A DNA stretch of 64,000 bases from Planctomycetota bacterium (GCA_016722065.1 JADKGX010000002.1:126264-190263), one strand, 5' to 3'. Positions 39,137-49,439 are shown, counted from the stretch's first letter. Program-made: numbers and translations. The notes: generated from the letters alone by a model not told the origin.

Positions 39137-40453
39137 TTACTTGTACAGCTCCTTCAACAACAGGTCGCCGGCTTTCAACAGACTCTGGTTCACGCTGCTG
39201 GCCGCCAGCGGCAACAGGTTGTTGCGGGTTTCCTTGCGATACTTGGCCATGTATTCATCCGTCAGGCCGGTGCCCGCCATGCTGCGCAGGTTGTGCACGC
39301 GGTCGCACAGTTTCACGGCCTTGACCCATCCCGGGGCGCTGCGCAGGCCGTCGTAGTAGCGCTGCAAGCCAAATTCCTTAGGCGTGCCATCGCGCTTGTA
39401 CATCTTGGTCAGCAGCACCACGGCGTTGGCTGTATCTTCGCCAAACAGTTCGACCAACTGCTGGGGCGTGGTCTTCATGTCGTCTTCCAGCACATCGTGC
39501 AGTACGGCTGCCAGAATCTCGTTGCGATCGCGCATCTTCACTTCTTCCACGGCGATCAGTGTGACCTCCAGCGGGTGAGTAGCGTAGGCCTTGCCGCCGT
39601 GGCGCTTTTGGCCTGCGTGGGCGCGGTACATGACCTCCAGGGCGCGGGTCAGGTCGCGGTGAAGGGCGGTGTCCACCTGCTTCATCAGGCGCTGTTCCAG
39701 CGCTTCGCAGCCCTCGGGCTTGCTCAATCGCACCTGCGTGTCCCGCGCCTTGGCTTCGTGTTCGTCCTTCTGGTGGCGCTGGGCCATGACCCGGCGCAGG
39801 TCTTCCAGGCTGATGTCCTTTTGCACCATCAGCACCAGCATGTGAAACAGCAAGTCACACAGTTCGCCGGACAACGCATTCTTGTCTTCGCCCTTGGCGG
39901 CAATGATTGCTTCCGTGGCTTCCTCGCCCAGCTTCTTGAGAATCTTGTCCAGGCCCTTAGTGAACAGATACGTGCTGTAGCTGCCCTCTGGTTTTCTGGC
40001 TTTGCGGTCCTGCAGTAAGGTGCGAACTTCTTCCAGCAACTGGCCCAGCTGGCCGCCCCAGCCAATGGTTGGGCTTGGCTTCTCGGCCTTCAATTGGGCT
40101 GCGCGCTCCAGGTCTGTATGCAGCGTTTGAAAGAAGCAGTCCTTTTCGCCCGTGTGGCAGGCCGGCCCCTGGGGCAGCACGCGCGCGACCAGCGCGTCGC
40201 CGTCGCAATCCAATTTGAGTTCCACGACCTGCATGGTGTTGCCGCTGGTTTCGCCTTTAACCCAAAGCTGCTTGCGCGACCGGCTGTAGAACGTGACCAG
40301 CCCGCTATCGAGCGTGCGGTGGAAACTCTCAGCATTCATGTATGCCAGCGTCAGCACGTCGCCGCTGCGAGCGTCCTGCAGCACACAAGGCAACAGACCG
40401 TTGTGGTCCCACTTGATTTCCAGTTTGGGTGCGTGTTCGGTGATGTCATTCAT
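39137..40453 (-). CDS. hisI: Bifunctional histidine biosynthesis protein HisIE (PR-AMP cyclohydrolase + PR-ATP pyrophosphatase) fused to a C-terminal SpoT/RelA-type HD hydrolase domain
   Basis: HisI block (LAYMNAESF...WVKGETSG...DCDGDAL). HisE block (LFHMLVLM). Then an HD domain with H...HD...ED residues ([20 protein letters not shown]), typical of (p)ppGpp hydrolases. Confidence 0.85.
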   Translation of the reverse strand: MNDITEHAPKLEIKWDHNGLLPCVLQDARSGDVLTLAYMNAESFHRTLDSGLVTFYSRSRKQLWVKGETSGNTMQVVELKLDCDGDALVARVLPQGPACHTGEKDCFFQTLHTDLERAAQLKAEKPSPTIGWGGQLGQLLEEVRTLLQDRKARKPEGSYSTYLFTKGLDKILKKLGEEATEAIIAAKGEDKNALSGELCDLLFHMLVLMVQKDISLEDLRRVMAQRHQKDEHEAKARDTQVRLSKPEGCEALEQRLMKQVDTALHRDLTRALEVMYRAHAGQKRHGGKAYATHPLEVTLIAVEEVKMRDRNEILAAVLHDVLEDDMKTTPQQLVELFGEDTANAVVLLTKMYKRDGTPKEFGLQRYYDGLRSAPGWVKAVKLCDRVHNLRSMAGTGLTDEYMAKYRKETRNNLLPLAASSVNQSLLKAGDLLLKELYK

Positions 40454-41219
40454 GGGTTGCCCCTTGTGGCGGCCGGACGTGAATGCCCTGGCTGGAAAGA
40501 AACTGCCTTGCCTGGCCAATGCTGTATGTGCCGAAGTGAAAAATGCCTGCGGCCAGAACGCCTGATGCCCCGGCCTGCAGGCCCTGCGCCAGGTGTTCCA
40601 GTGTACCAACTCCGCCACTGGCAATGATGGGCGCGCGTGTGGAACCCGCTGCGGCCCGTGTGAGTTCCAGGTCATACCCCTGGCCGGTGCCGTCGCGGTC
40701 CATGCTGGTGACCAAGAACTCGCCGGCGCCAAGGTCTGCCGCCCTGGCGATCCATGCAATCGCATCAAGCCCGGTATCCTGCCTGCCGCCCTTGACAAAC
40801 ACATTCCAGCCGTTGCCCGTGAGCCGCGCGTCTACGGCCACGACAACGGCCTGGCAGCCGAAGCGCTGCGCGCACTGTGCAATCAGGTCGGGGTTGGCCA
40901 CGGCGGCACTGTTGATGGCCACCTTGTCGGCCCCGGCGCGCAGCAATCGCTCAAAATCCGGCACACTGCGAACGCCACCGCCAATGGTGAAGGGAATGCT
41001 GAGTGTTTGTGCGCACTGGCGTGCCAGTTCTGTGGTGGTGTCGCGGTTTTCGTGGCTGGCCGTGATATCCAGAAACACCAGTTCGTCAGCGGCCTCGGCG
41101 TCGTAGCGGGCAGCGCATTCCACGGGGTCGCCCGCGTCACGCAGCCCGATGAAATTGACGCCCTTCACGACCCGGCCGTCCTTGACGTCCAGGCACGGAA
41201 TGATGCGCTTTGCCAGCAT
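40446..41219 (-). CDS. hisF: Imidazole glycerol phosphate synthase cyclase subunit
   Basis: [16 protein letters not shown] and conserved HisF blocks. 8-bp overlap with hisIE. Confidence 0.9.
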   Translation of the reverse strand: MLAKRIIPCLDVKDGRVVKGVNFIGLRDAGDPVECAARYDAEAADELVFLDITASHENRDTTTELARQCAQTLSIPFTIGGGVRSVPDFERLLRAGADKVAINSAAVANPDLIAQCAQRFGCQAVVVAVDARLTGNGWNVFVKGGRQDTGLDAIAWIARAADLGAGEFLVTSMDRDGTGQGYDLELTRAAAGSTRAPIIASGGVGTLEHLAQGLQAGASGVLAAGIFHFGTYSIGQARQFLSSQGIHVRPPQGATHE

Positions 41220-41221
41220 GG

Positions 41222-42001
41222 TTACTTGCGTTCCTTGAAGCCGGCTGCTGCGGTTTCCAGGGCTTGCTTCAACGTGAACTTGCCCTGCGCCAGCGTCTTG
41301 CCAATCAACACCCCGCCCACGCCTGCCGTGGCGGCGCACTGACGCACATGGGCCAGGCTGGTTACGCCACCGGCAATGATCACATCCAGACCGGCGGCCC
41401 CCATGCGTGCGGCATGGATCAGGCTGGGGCCCTGGCCTGCGGCCTCTGCGCTGGCGTCCTGATGAATCACGTGCAACACGCCGGCGGCCTTGAGTTGCAC
41501 CGCCAGTTCCTCGACACGCAACTTGGGGTTGTCACGAACCCAATCCTGTCCCACGGCAATGCCGTCGCGGGCGTTAACGCTGACAACAATCGCGTCGGCA
41601 TTGATGGCGACAGCGGCCTTGACCATTGCCGGGTCGCGCATGGCCGCATCGCCAAGCGCCACCCGCCTTACGCCCATCTGGAACAGGCGCTTGATGCTGT
41701 CCAGGTCACGCACGCCGCCGCCAAACTGCAGGGGAACCTTGACCTGTTTTGCCATCAGCATGACCGATTCCAGGTTTCTCTGGGCACCTGCCAGGACACT
41801 GCCCGAGTGTTCAGTTTCACCGATCAGGAAAGGGCCATCCAGGTTGAACACATGGATCGTGCTGGCCCCCTGGGCCTCCAGTTCTTTGGCATAGGCTACG
41901 GCATCGGCACGAGAGGCGCGGGTGCCCATGCCGGTGCTTTCATACTTGAGTGCCGCGCCGGCACGAAGTTCGATGGCTGGGTAAACGGTGAATCCGGACA
42001 T
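41222..42001 (-). CDS. HisA/HisF-family (beta/alpha)8 paralog of unknown function inserted in the his operon
   Basis: Alignable to HisA ([12 protein letters not shown] vs FTLYPAIDLRGG; QFGGGVR; [11 protein letters not shown]) but diverged. First catalytic Asp is replaced by Glu. The TDIARDGML(T)GP block is replaced by [13 protein letters not shown]. Confidence 0.75.
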   Translation of the reverse strand: MSGFTVYPAIELRAGAALKYESTGMGTRASRADAVAYAKELEAQGASTIHVFNLDGPFLIGETEHSGSVLAGAQRNLESVMLMAKQVKVPLQFGGGVRDLDSIKRLFQMGVRRVALGDAAMRDPAMVKAAVAINADAIVVSVNARDGIAVGQDWVRDNPKLRVEELAVQLKAAGVLHVIHQDASAEAAGQGPSLIHAARMGAAGLDVIIAGGVTSLAHVRQCAATAGVGGVLIGKTLAQGKFTLKQALETAAAGFKERK

Positions 42002-42011
42002 GGTCTGTTCC

Positions 42012-42740
42012 TTATGCTGAAGCAATGCTGGCCAAAGCCTGATTTAGCGTAAATCGGCCTTCGTACAAAGCCTTTCCGACAATCACGCCATCGAGTTGCG
42101 GCAAAGTGCGGGCGGCAGAGGTCACATGCGCCAGGTTGCCCACGCCGCCGCTGGCGATCACGCTGGCGCCCAAAGCCGCCAATTGCGCGGCGCCGACAAG
42201 ATCTGGCCCGGTCAACATGCCGTCGCGGGCGATATCGGTATAAATGAATCGCTGTACTCCTGCATCGATCATCCGGTGCGCAAGTTCACTCGTGGTTACG
42301 TCGCTGAGTTCCGTCCAGCCTGACACGGCAATGCGGCCATCGCGTGCATCCAGCCCGACGGCCAGGGCCGGGCCCAGCCGCTGTGCCAACGCACTAACCA
42401 AGGCTGGCTTCCGCAACGCCACGGTGCCAAGTACCACACGGCGCGCGCCGCACTGCAGGGCGCGGTCTACGTCGGCGCCGGTGCGAAGGCCGCCGCCAAA
42501 CTGCACCGGTATCGTTACTGCATTGCAGATCTGCTGCAACACCTGCAGGTTGGCAGACTGCTCGCCAAAGGCGCCATCCAGGTTGACCACGTGAAGCCAT
42601 TGGGCGCCCTGGGCGGCAAAATCACGTGCAATGGCGGGCGGGTCGTCACCATAGACAGTTTGCTGGTCTGCGCGGCCCTGCACCAGGCGCACGGCCTTGC
42701 CGCCGCGAAGGTCAATGGCCGGGTACAGGGTAAAGGTCAC
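42012..42740 (-). CDS. hisA: ProFAR isomerase
   Basis: Canonical HisA blocks (YPAIDLRGGKAVRL, VVNLDGA, TDIARDGMLTGP, ASGGVG). Probable GTG start. Confidence 0.85.
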   Translation of the reverse strand: MTFTLYPAIDLRGGKAVRLVQGRADQQTVYGDDPPAIARDFAAQGAQWLHVVNLDGAFGEQSANLQVLQQICNAVTIPVQFGGGLRTGADVDRALQCGARRVVLGTVALRKPALVSALAQRLGPALAVGLDARDGRIAVSGWTELSDVTTSELAHRMIDAGVQRFIYTDIARDGMLTGPDLVGAAQLAALGASVIASGGVGNLAHVTSAARTLPQLDGVIVGKALYEGRFTLNQALASIASA

Positions 42741-43363
42741 GGCGCAAGCTCCAGGAAGGCGCGCAGAATCTGCCGGCCGCACTGCTGGCTTTTTTCAGGG
42801 TGAGCCTGCAGGCCGCGTACGTTGCCGCGCTGTACCAGGGCGCAGAAACTTTCACCGTGGGTGCAGGTAGCGACAACATCGGCTGCGTTGGCGGGCTCGC
42901 ACGCAAAGCTGTGCACGAAGTACAGAAATGGCTCGTCAGACAGGCCGGCTGTCAAGGCGTCCGGGCGCTTGAGTTCAAGCTGGTTCCAGCCCATGTGCGG
43001 CAGGGCCAGACCAGCGGCGTGCAACTGCCGAACCTGGCCAGGAATCAGCCCCAGCCCTTTGCGAGTCTCGAATTCGTGCCCGGTTTCAAACAGCAACTGC
43101 ATGCCCAGGCAAATGCCCAGCAGCAACCCGCCCTTTGCGGCAAACTGCTGAATCGCGGCATCCAGGCCGCGGGCCGTCAAAGCATCCATGCCCGCCGGAA
43201 AGCTTCCCACCCCGGGCAACACAACGTGCGAGTACTGTTCCATGTCGCTGGGGCTGGCAATCACGCCTACGTCGCCCCCGGCCTGCTGCAAGGCATGGCA
43301 GATGCTGCCCAAATTGCAGATGCCTGAATCAACAACCCCGACACGGCTTGCGGCAGGGCTCAC
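42737..43363 (-). CDS. hisH: Imidazole glycerol phosphate synthase glutaminase subunit
   Basis: Class I GATase triad context (GICLGMQLL; HSF). Confidence 0.9.
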   Translation of the reverse strand: MSPAASRVGVVDSGICNLGSICHALQQAGGDVGVIASPSDMEQYSHVVLPGVGSFPAGMDALTARGLDAAIQQFAAKGGLLLGICLGMQLLFETGHEFETRKGLGLIPGQVRQLHAAGLALPHMGWNQLELKRPDALTAGLSDEPFLYFVHSFACEPANAADVVATCTHGESFCALVQRGNVRGLQAHPEKSQQCGRQILRAFLELAP

Positions 43364-43950
43364 AGCACGCCCTTTGTGCTGGGCACGCCCTGCTGCCGTG
43401 GGTCGACTGTCAGGGCTTGACGCAAAGCGCGCGTGACACTCTTGAACACGCCTTCGACTACGTGGTGCGTGTCGCTGCCGCGCAAGACGTCAATGTGCAG
43501 GTTCATCGGAAAGTGCGTGCTGAAACTGCGAAAGAAGTGTTCCAGCATTTCTGTGGGCAGCCCGCCCACGACCTCGCGGCGCAGCTCGCCCAGGTTCGGC
43601 ACAAAGTACGGCCGGCCGCTCAAATCCAGTGCGCAGCGAACCAGCGTTTCGTCCATGGGCACGTAGGCAAAGCCATAACGCGCAATGCCCTGCTTGTCGC
43701 CTGCCGCCAGCTTGAAGGCCTCGCCCAGCGTAATGGCGATGTCCTCTACGCTGTGGTGGGCGTCGACGTGCAGGTCGCCACGGCAAGTCAACTTGAGGTC
43801 AAACAGCCCGTGGCGGGTGAACAGTTCCAGCATGTGATCCAGAAAACCAATGCCGGTTCTGACGGCGTAGGCGCCGGCGCCGTCGATGTTCAGTTCGACG
43901 TTCACCTCGGTTTCACCGGTCTTGCGGCTGGTGCTGGCGTTGCGGCTCAT
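43360..43950 (-). CDS. hisB: Imidazoleglycerol-phosphate dehydratase
   Basis: IGPD motifs (RKTGETEV, GFLDHML, HHSVED, HH..E). Confidence 0.9.
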   Translation of the reverse strand: MSRNASTSRKTGETEVNVELNIDGAGAYAVRTGIGFLDHMLELFTRHGLFDLKLTCRGDLHVDAHHSVEDIAITLGEAFKLAAGDKQGIARYGFAYVPMDETLVRCALDLSGRPYFVPNLGELRREVVGGLPTEMLEHFFRSFSTHFPMNLHIDVLRGSDTHHVVEGVFKSVTRALRQALTVDPRQQGVPSTKGVL

Positions 43951-45038
43951 GCCTTGGCTCCGGGGGCAATTTCGGTGATCGCAAATTCCAGCGCCTTCAG
44001 AAACGCGTCGTTCTCTTCAGGGCGACCAATACTCACGCGCAAGGCGCGTTCCAGCCGCGGATAACTGGACACATCACGAATCAGCACGCCGCGATTGACC
44101 ATACTCTGCCAAAGCGCGCGAGGGTCGCGGTCGGTTTCAAACAGCAGAAAATTGCTGCGCGACGGATACACCCGCACGCCGCGGCTGGCCTTGAGAAGCC
44201 GGGCTACCCGTTCGCGTTCACGTTTGATTTCCTCCAGGCGGCCCTTGAGGGTCACGGCGTGCTCCATGGCTGTTTCGACCGCCGCCATCGTGAAGATATT
44301 CAGGTTATAAGGCAGCTTGGCTGCTGCAAAAAGCGGCAGGGCGTTGGGATGGCAGACCATGCAGCCAAAGCGCAAGCCGGCCGTCGCAAAGGCTTTGCTG
44401 AAGGTGCGCAGGACAACCAGGTTGGGACAGGTGCGGGTGAGCTCCAGCGCGGTTTCGCCGTGGAATTCGAAGTAGGCTTCATCGACTATCCACAGTGCAT
44501 GGGTAGTCTGCACCAGGTGTTCCAGGTCGATCGGGTTGATCACACTGCCGGTAGGATTGTTGGGCGAGGCCAGCACGACCACGTTGGCGTCGCGCGCTGC
44601 CGTTTCCAGTGCCACGGCGTCGTACTGCATGTCGTCATCCAGGCCGGCAGTCAGAACTTCTGCGCCCAGAATCTCGGCCAGCAACTTGTACAACGTGAAG
44701 GTGGGCTGTGGGATCAGCACCTTGCGGCCCGGTTCCAGTGTTGCAACGAAAATGGCGTACAGCAGCTCGTTGCTGCCGTTGCCTACCAGCACCTGGTCCG
44801 CGCCTACGCCCAGATACTTTGCGACCTTGCTGGTGAAATCGGCCGGCACAAAGGGCGGGTAGCGGTTCCAGTCCACGTCACGCACGCGCTCAAAGACCGC
44901 TTGCTTGAGCGTGCTGGGCCAATCGTAGGGATTTTCGTTCTGGTTCAGCTTGATCGGGCACGGCGGAACATCCAGCTTGTAGCCGCCAGCAAGCTTGCTG
45001 AGTTGCTGCTTGAAGAACTGAAAGGTCGTGTTCTGCAT
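43947..45038 (-). CDS. hisC: Histidinol-phosphate aminotransferase
   Basis: Class II aminotransferase with PLP-lysine block (RTFSKAFATAGLR). Confidence 0.9.
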   Translation of the reverse strand: MQNTTFQFFKQQLSKLAGGYKLDVPPCPIKLNQNENPYDWPSTLKQAVFERVRDVDWNRYPPFVPADFTSKVAKYLGVGADQVLVGNGSNELLYAIFVATLEPGRKVLIPQPTFTLYKLLAEILGAEVLTAGLDDDMQYDAVALETAARDANVVVLASPNNPTGSVINPIDLEHLVQTTHALWIVDEAYFEFHGETALELTRTCPNLVVLRTFSKAFATAGLRFGCMVCHPNALPLFAAAKLPYNLNIFTMAAVETAMEHAVTLKGRLEEIKRERERVARLLKASRGVRVYPSRSNFLLFETDRDPRALWQSMVNRGVLIRDVSSYPRLERALRVSIGRPEENDAFLKALEFAITEIAPGAKA

Positions 45039-45076
45039 GAAAACGCCAGCCGCTTTCCGCCCGTTGCCGAAACACC

Positions 45077-46477
45077 CTAGCCTTCAAAGCGCACGGCTAC
45101 ACTGCGCGCATGAGCTTCCAGGCCCTCTGCCCGTGCCAGGCTTTCAATGGCCGCCCGGTTGGCCGCCAGCAGTTCACGGCTGCCGCGAATGATACTGACT
45201 TGACGTGTAAAGTCCTGCACCGAAAGCGCGCTGGCAAACCGCGCGGTTCCGCTGGTGGGCAACACGTGGTTTGGCCCTGCTGTGTAATCGCCAAAGGCCT
45301 CCGGCGCAAAGGCACCCACAAAGATTGCCCCGGCCTGGCGAATCTGGTCGGCATCCTTTTCTGCGGCCTGGGTCAAAAGTTCCAGGTGTTCGGGGGCAAA
45401 GGCGTCTGCAATGCGCAGCGCAAAGCCCTTGCTGGGCGCCACAATGATGCCGCCGAACTGTGCCATGCTTTGCTGCGCCGTTTCTTTGCGGGGCAAATCG
45501 GCCAGTTGTGCCTCCACTTGCGCACGCACGGCATCTGCGGCATCGCTGCTGTCGGTCACGCCAATCGCGGCGGCTTGTGTGTCGTGTTCGGCCTGGGCCA
45601 GCAGGTCAGCTGCCACGTGGCGCGGGTCGGCCTGGTCGTCAAACACCACTACCACTTCGCTGGGGCCGGCAATGCTGTCGATTCCCATGCGGCCGAAAAG
45701 CTGTTTTTTGGCCAGTGCCACAAACGTGTTGCCCGGCCCGACCAGTTTGTCCACGCGCGCAATGTTTGGCGTGCCAATGGCCGCAGCCGCCACGGCCTGG
45801 GCGCCGCCAACGCGATAGACTTCCTCTAGTTTGAGTTCCAGCAGCAGCGCCGCCAGAAGTGGCGATTTTTCAATCGCACCGTTGGGCGTAAACACGGCAA
45901 TCTCTTTCACCCCTGCCACCTGTGCCGGCACAGCCGTCATCATCAACGTGCTGGGGTAGAATGCCGTTCCACCGGGCACATACAGGCCGGCGCGGTTCAA
46001 GGGCTGCACGCGAATACCAACCGAGCCGCCCGTATCGTCAATCTGCCAGCTTGCCTGCTTCTGTTTTTCGTGAAACTTGCGCAGGCGCGGCAGCACCTGC
46101 TCGACGCACGTCTTAAGCAACGCATTATCAACGCCGTCGGCGGCCTTCATCAAATCCATCTTGCCGACTTTGATGCGATTGGAGGGCAACTCCAGGCCGT
46201 CAAACAGGCGCGACAGATGGCGCACGGCCTGGTCTCTGCCGGCCTGCACGCTCTCAATCACCCGCGATACCGTGGCTGCAGCACTGTGCGGCAACCCGGC
46301 GCAAAAAGTTTCGGCAAATGCCGCAAACTCGGCGTCGCCGGTAGCTTTGGCGCGGGCCAGCAACTCCGGCGGCGACGGCCCTACAGCCACGTCGCGAAAC
46401 TCCGCCCGCTGCATCAGCCGAGCCTGAAAGGCGGAGAACTCGTCGCTGCCGACTTCGAACAATGGAATCGCGCTCAT
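45077..46477 (-). CDS. hisD: Histidinol dehydrogenase
   Basis: HisD blocks (AGPSEVVVV, AQAEHD, GDY..G.NHVLPT). Confidence 0.9.
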   Translation of the reverse strand: MSAIPLFEVGSDEFSAFQARLMQRAEFRDVAVGPSPPELLARAKATGDAEFAAFAETFCAGLPHSAAATVSRVIESVQAGRDQAVRHLSRLFDGLELPSNRIKVGKMDLMKAADGVDNALLKTCVEQVLPRLRKFHEKQKQASWQIDDTGGSVGIRVQPLNRAGLYVPGGTAFYPSTLMMTAVPAQVAGVKEIAVFTPNGAIEKSPLLAALLLELKLEEVYRVGGAQAVAAAAIGTPNIARVDKLVGPGNTFVALAKKQLFGRMGIDSIAGPSEVVVVFDDQADPRHVAADLLAQAEHDTQAAAIGVTDSSDAADAVRAQVEAQLADLPRKETAQQSMAQFGGIIVAPSKGFALRIADAFAPEHLELLTQAAEKDADQIRQAGAIFVGAFAPEAFGDYTAGPNHVLPTSGTARFASALSVQDFTRQVSIIRGSRELLAANRAAIESLARAEGLEAHARSVAVRFEG

Positions 46478-47115
46478 GCCCCTTCCCCCACCACGGCTGA
46501 CATGCTGTCAATCAACCCGCGAACTTCCGCCAGCTTGGCATAGTATGCGGCGCGGTTGACCACCAGCCGCGCACTGCAAACCGAGATTTCCTCAATCACC
46601 ACCAAGCCATTTTCGCGCAGCGTGGTACCAGTTTCCACGATATCGACGATGTAATGCGAGAGCCCGAGAACCGCACCGATTTCAACACTGCCCGAAAGCT
46701 TGAACACTGTCGCGGGCACGCCCTTCTTGCGAAAATAGTGCTGGGCCACGCGTGGATACTTGCTGGCCACACGCACGGGTGACAGCACATTGTCGCCCTT
46801 GCGTTCCACTTCGGGTTTGCCCGCAACCACCAGACGGCAGCGGCCAAAACCTAGATCCAGCGGCTCCAGCAGGTCTGGTGACAGCTCCATCAGCGTGTCT
46901 TTGCCGCTGATGCCGCAATCAGCCACGCCTTGTTCCACATACAGCGGCGCATCTACTGGCTTCACCAGAAGGTACTCCACGCGCCCGCACTGGCTGGGCA
47001 CGGTCAACTTGCGCGTGTCTGCCAGAACCTCAGCGGGCGCATAACCCGCTTGGCGAAGAAACGGCTCCGCTTGCTTCAACATACGCCCCGTTGGCAAGGC
47101 CACGCGCAGGGTCAT
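46474..47115 (-). CDS. hisG: ATP phosphoribosyltransferase, short form
   Basis: 213 aa short HisG (MTLRVALPTGRM...GISGKD), consistent with an adjacent hisZ. Confidence 0.9.
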   Translation of the reverse strand: MTLRVALPTGRMLKQAEPFLRQAGYAPAEVLADTRKLTVPSQCGRVEYLLVKPVDAPLYVEQGVADCGISGKDTLMELSPDLLEPLDLGFGRCRLVVAGKPEVERKGDNVLSPVRVASKYPRVAQHYFRKKGVPATVFKLSGSVEIGAVLGLSHYIVDIVETGTTLRENGLVVIEEISVCSARLVVNRAAYYAKLAEVRGLIDSMSAVVGEGA

Positions 47116-48191
47116 GGTTTGCCCCCCACCACCAGCGGCTTGCCCTGGGCGCGTAGAGCCAGCGCCTGTGCCAGCGCACCTGCGGAATTTGCTGCAATGC
47201 TGGTTGGCTGGATCTGGCCGCCGAAATCGCGCGGCGCGGCCTCGGTCAACCGGGCCATGTTGAAACCAAAACCAACTGCAGGCACATCCAGCCCGAAGCG
47301 GTCGTACAGGCGGTCGTAACGGCCGCCACCGCCAAGTTCGTCACCCACGGCGCTGGAATAGACTTTGAACATCGCGCCCGAGTAATAGTGAAACTGCCGC
47401 ACTTCGCCCAGGTCAAACAGCACGTCATTGACTCCGCACTGCGCCAACAGCTCATGAATGGCCTCCAGATCAGCCAGGGCGTCACGGGCTGGTGCGGCCA
47501 GCTTGAAGCCGGCAGCCTGGCGCAGTACCTCGGCACCGCCAGTCAGCAAGGGCAGCGTTTCCAGCAGCCTGGCCGATTCAGCATCCAGCCCCAGGCGTTG
47601 TGCCAGCTCGGCAATGCGCGAGGGGTTCTTGTGGTCCAGGGCCTCATGCAGGCGGCGGTCGGTGCGGCCGCGCTCGCCCAGCACGGCATTCACAAAACCG
47701 GCGTGGCCAACCACGATGACGGCGTTGTCGATGCCCACGGCGTGCAGGCATTCGCGCGCGATCAAAATGCAGGCTGCGTCAAACACCGGCCCTTGGGCGT
47801 TCACCCATTCCAGGCCGCGCTGGCTTTGTTCGACACGATGGCCGTGGCCGCTGGGTTGAAAGCGATACACCCGGCCTTCATAGGTAGCGCGAATCTGGCG
47901 CTTGCCGCGGCGCAACTCCATGGCCAGAGCCTTCGATGCAATCTGCGTGAAATCCGCCCGCAGCACCAGGTTGTGACCCTCACGGTCGACCAGCCGGTAC
48001 AGCCCGGCGTCGCTGCCCAGGGATTCAAAGGTTTCGGGCGCGTCAAAACCCGGCAGAATAATGTCGTCAAAGCCCCAGCCATGAATGACGCGGGCCAGTT
48101 CGCTTTCAATGCGAGTGCGGCGCGCGGCCTGGGGCCCGAACACAAGTTCGGTGCCAGGCGGGAAGGACAGTTGCTGTGGTGCATCAGCCAT
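47112..48191 (-). CDS. hisZ: ATP phosphoribosyltransferase regulatory subunit HisZ (HisRS paralog)
   Basis: Class II aaRS-like core without an anticodon-binding domain. Directly upstream of, and overlapping, short hisG. Start trimmed to an internal Met (MADAPQQ). Confidence 0.8.
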   Translation of the reverse strand: MADAPQQLSFPPGTELVFGPQAARRTRIESELARVIHGWGFDDIILPGFDAPETFESLGSDAGLYRLVDREGHNLVLRADFTQIASKALAMELRRGKRQIRATYEGRVYRFQPSGHGHRVEQSQRGLEWVNAQGPVFDAACILIARECLHAVGIDNAVIVVGHAGFVNAVLGERGRTDRRLHEALDHKNPSRIAELAQRLGLDAESARLLETLPLLTGGAEVLRQAAGFKLAAPARDALADLEAIHELLAQCGVNDVLFDLGEVRQFHYYSGAMFKVYSSAVGDELGGGGRYDRLYDRFGLDVPAVGFGFNMARLTEAAPRDFGGQIQPTSIAANSAGALAQALALRAQGKPLVVGGKP

Positions 48192-48282
48192 GTCGACCAG
48201 TCCGTCGCAATGCCATTGCCAGCTTGGGCCGGTTAGTTCCGGCACGGTGCGCCCTGCATGTGTCTTTGGTGCGCGCACTGCT

Positions 48283-48729
48283 TTACGGCAAATGCCACAG
48301 AAACTCAACCAGTGCGCGCAGGTCGGCATCCTTGAGCATGCCGTTGGGGGGCATTGCACTGCCGCGATAGTCGTCGGTACCGGCATGCTGGCCCGGAAAA
48401 CGCTGCGGGTCGCGAATGTGTTTCACCATCCAGCGGCGCGCTTCCAGCGGGTCACCCTTGTGTTGCGCTAGCACCGCTTCTGCCACGCCACCCAGTGGCG
48501 GTCCCATCAGGCCGTTGCGTTCGTGGCTGGAGGAATGGCAGGTCTCACACCCCGCGGCCTTGAAGATTGGCTTGCCAGCGGCCTGCAATGCCGGAACATC
48601 GCCGGGCTTGGGCACTTCCGGGTAGGCCGCAAGGGCCGAGGCTTCGGCGACGCGCTTGCCGGCTTCCGGGTCGCCGGGGCCGCAAGCGGCAAGCAGCAGG
48701 CAGGCAATGATTACTACAACTTGTTTCAT
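48283..48729 (-). CDS. Monohaem cytochrome c lipoprotein
   Basis: Lipobox VVIIACLLLAAC. CETCH haem motif. Met ligand region. Confidence 0.7.
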   Translation of the reverse strand: MKQVVVIIACLLLAACGPGDPEAGKRVAEASALAAYPEVPKPGDVPALQAAGKPIFKAAGCETCHSSSHERNGLMGPPLGGVAEAVLAQHKGDPLEARRWMVKHIRDPQRFPGQHAGTDDYRGSAMPPNGMLKDADLRALVEFLWHLP

Positions 48730-49439
48730 GGCACGATCGTCGCGGTGGATTCACCACCGCCCTTGGCTTCGACACGTTCGATTTGACCGTCCTTGTAATG
48801 CAAGACCCTGTCGGCACGGTCGGCAACACCCCGTTCATGGGTAACTACAAGCAGGGTCATGCCCTTTTCGCTTCGCAGGCGGTCGAACAGGTCCAGCAGT
48901 GTCTTTTCGCTTTCGCTGTCTACATTGCCAGTGGGCTCATCCGCCAGAAGAACGCGTGGGCGATTCACGATTGCCCGTGCAATGGCTGCGCGCTGCCTCT
49001 CGCCGCCTGAGACCTTGGCCGGCACGTGCGAAACCCGGTGCCCCAGCCCAACTTCTGCCAGGGCCTCGCGCGCTTTGGCCAGGGCGCCGCTGCGGCCTTG
49101 CAGGGGCAAGGCGACGTTATCCAGCAAGGAAAGGTGCGGAAGCAGGCAATGCAGTTGAAACACAAAGCCGATTTCGGACTGGCGAAACTCGGGCAAATCG
49201 GAAACGTGGGCAAGATCACGTCCAAAGAACTCAATTGTGCCTCGGTCGGGTCGGTCCAGGCTGCCCACAAGGTTCATCAAGGTGCTTTTGCCGCTGCCGG
49301 ACTTTCCCATCAAGGCAACCATTTCCCCGGGCATGACGTCCAGATCAACGCCCCGCACGGCCTCAATTGCGCCCTCATAGGTCTTGAACAGACCCCGGAC
49401 ACGAACCGCAGGAAGCGACGACGTGCTTGCGTCAGGCAT
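48726..49439 (-). CDS. ABC transporter ATP-binding protein (LolD/FtsE/MacB-type)
   Basis: Walker A GKSGSGKST, signature VSGGERQR, Walker B LLADEPT. Start at internal Met (MPDAS). Confidence 0.85.
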   Translation of the reverse strand: MPDASTSSLPAVRVRGLFKTYEGAIEAVRGVDLDVMPGEMVALMGKSGSGKSTLMNLVGSLDRPDRGTIEFFGRDLAHVSDLPEFRQSEIGFVFQLHCLLPHLSLLDNVALPLQGRSGALAKAREALAEVGLGHRVSHVPAKVSGGERQRAAIARAIVNRPRVLLADEPTGNVDSESEKTLLDLFDRLRSEKGMTLLVVTHERGVADRADRVLHYKDGQIERVEAKGGGESTATIVP

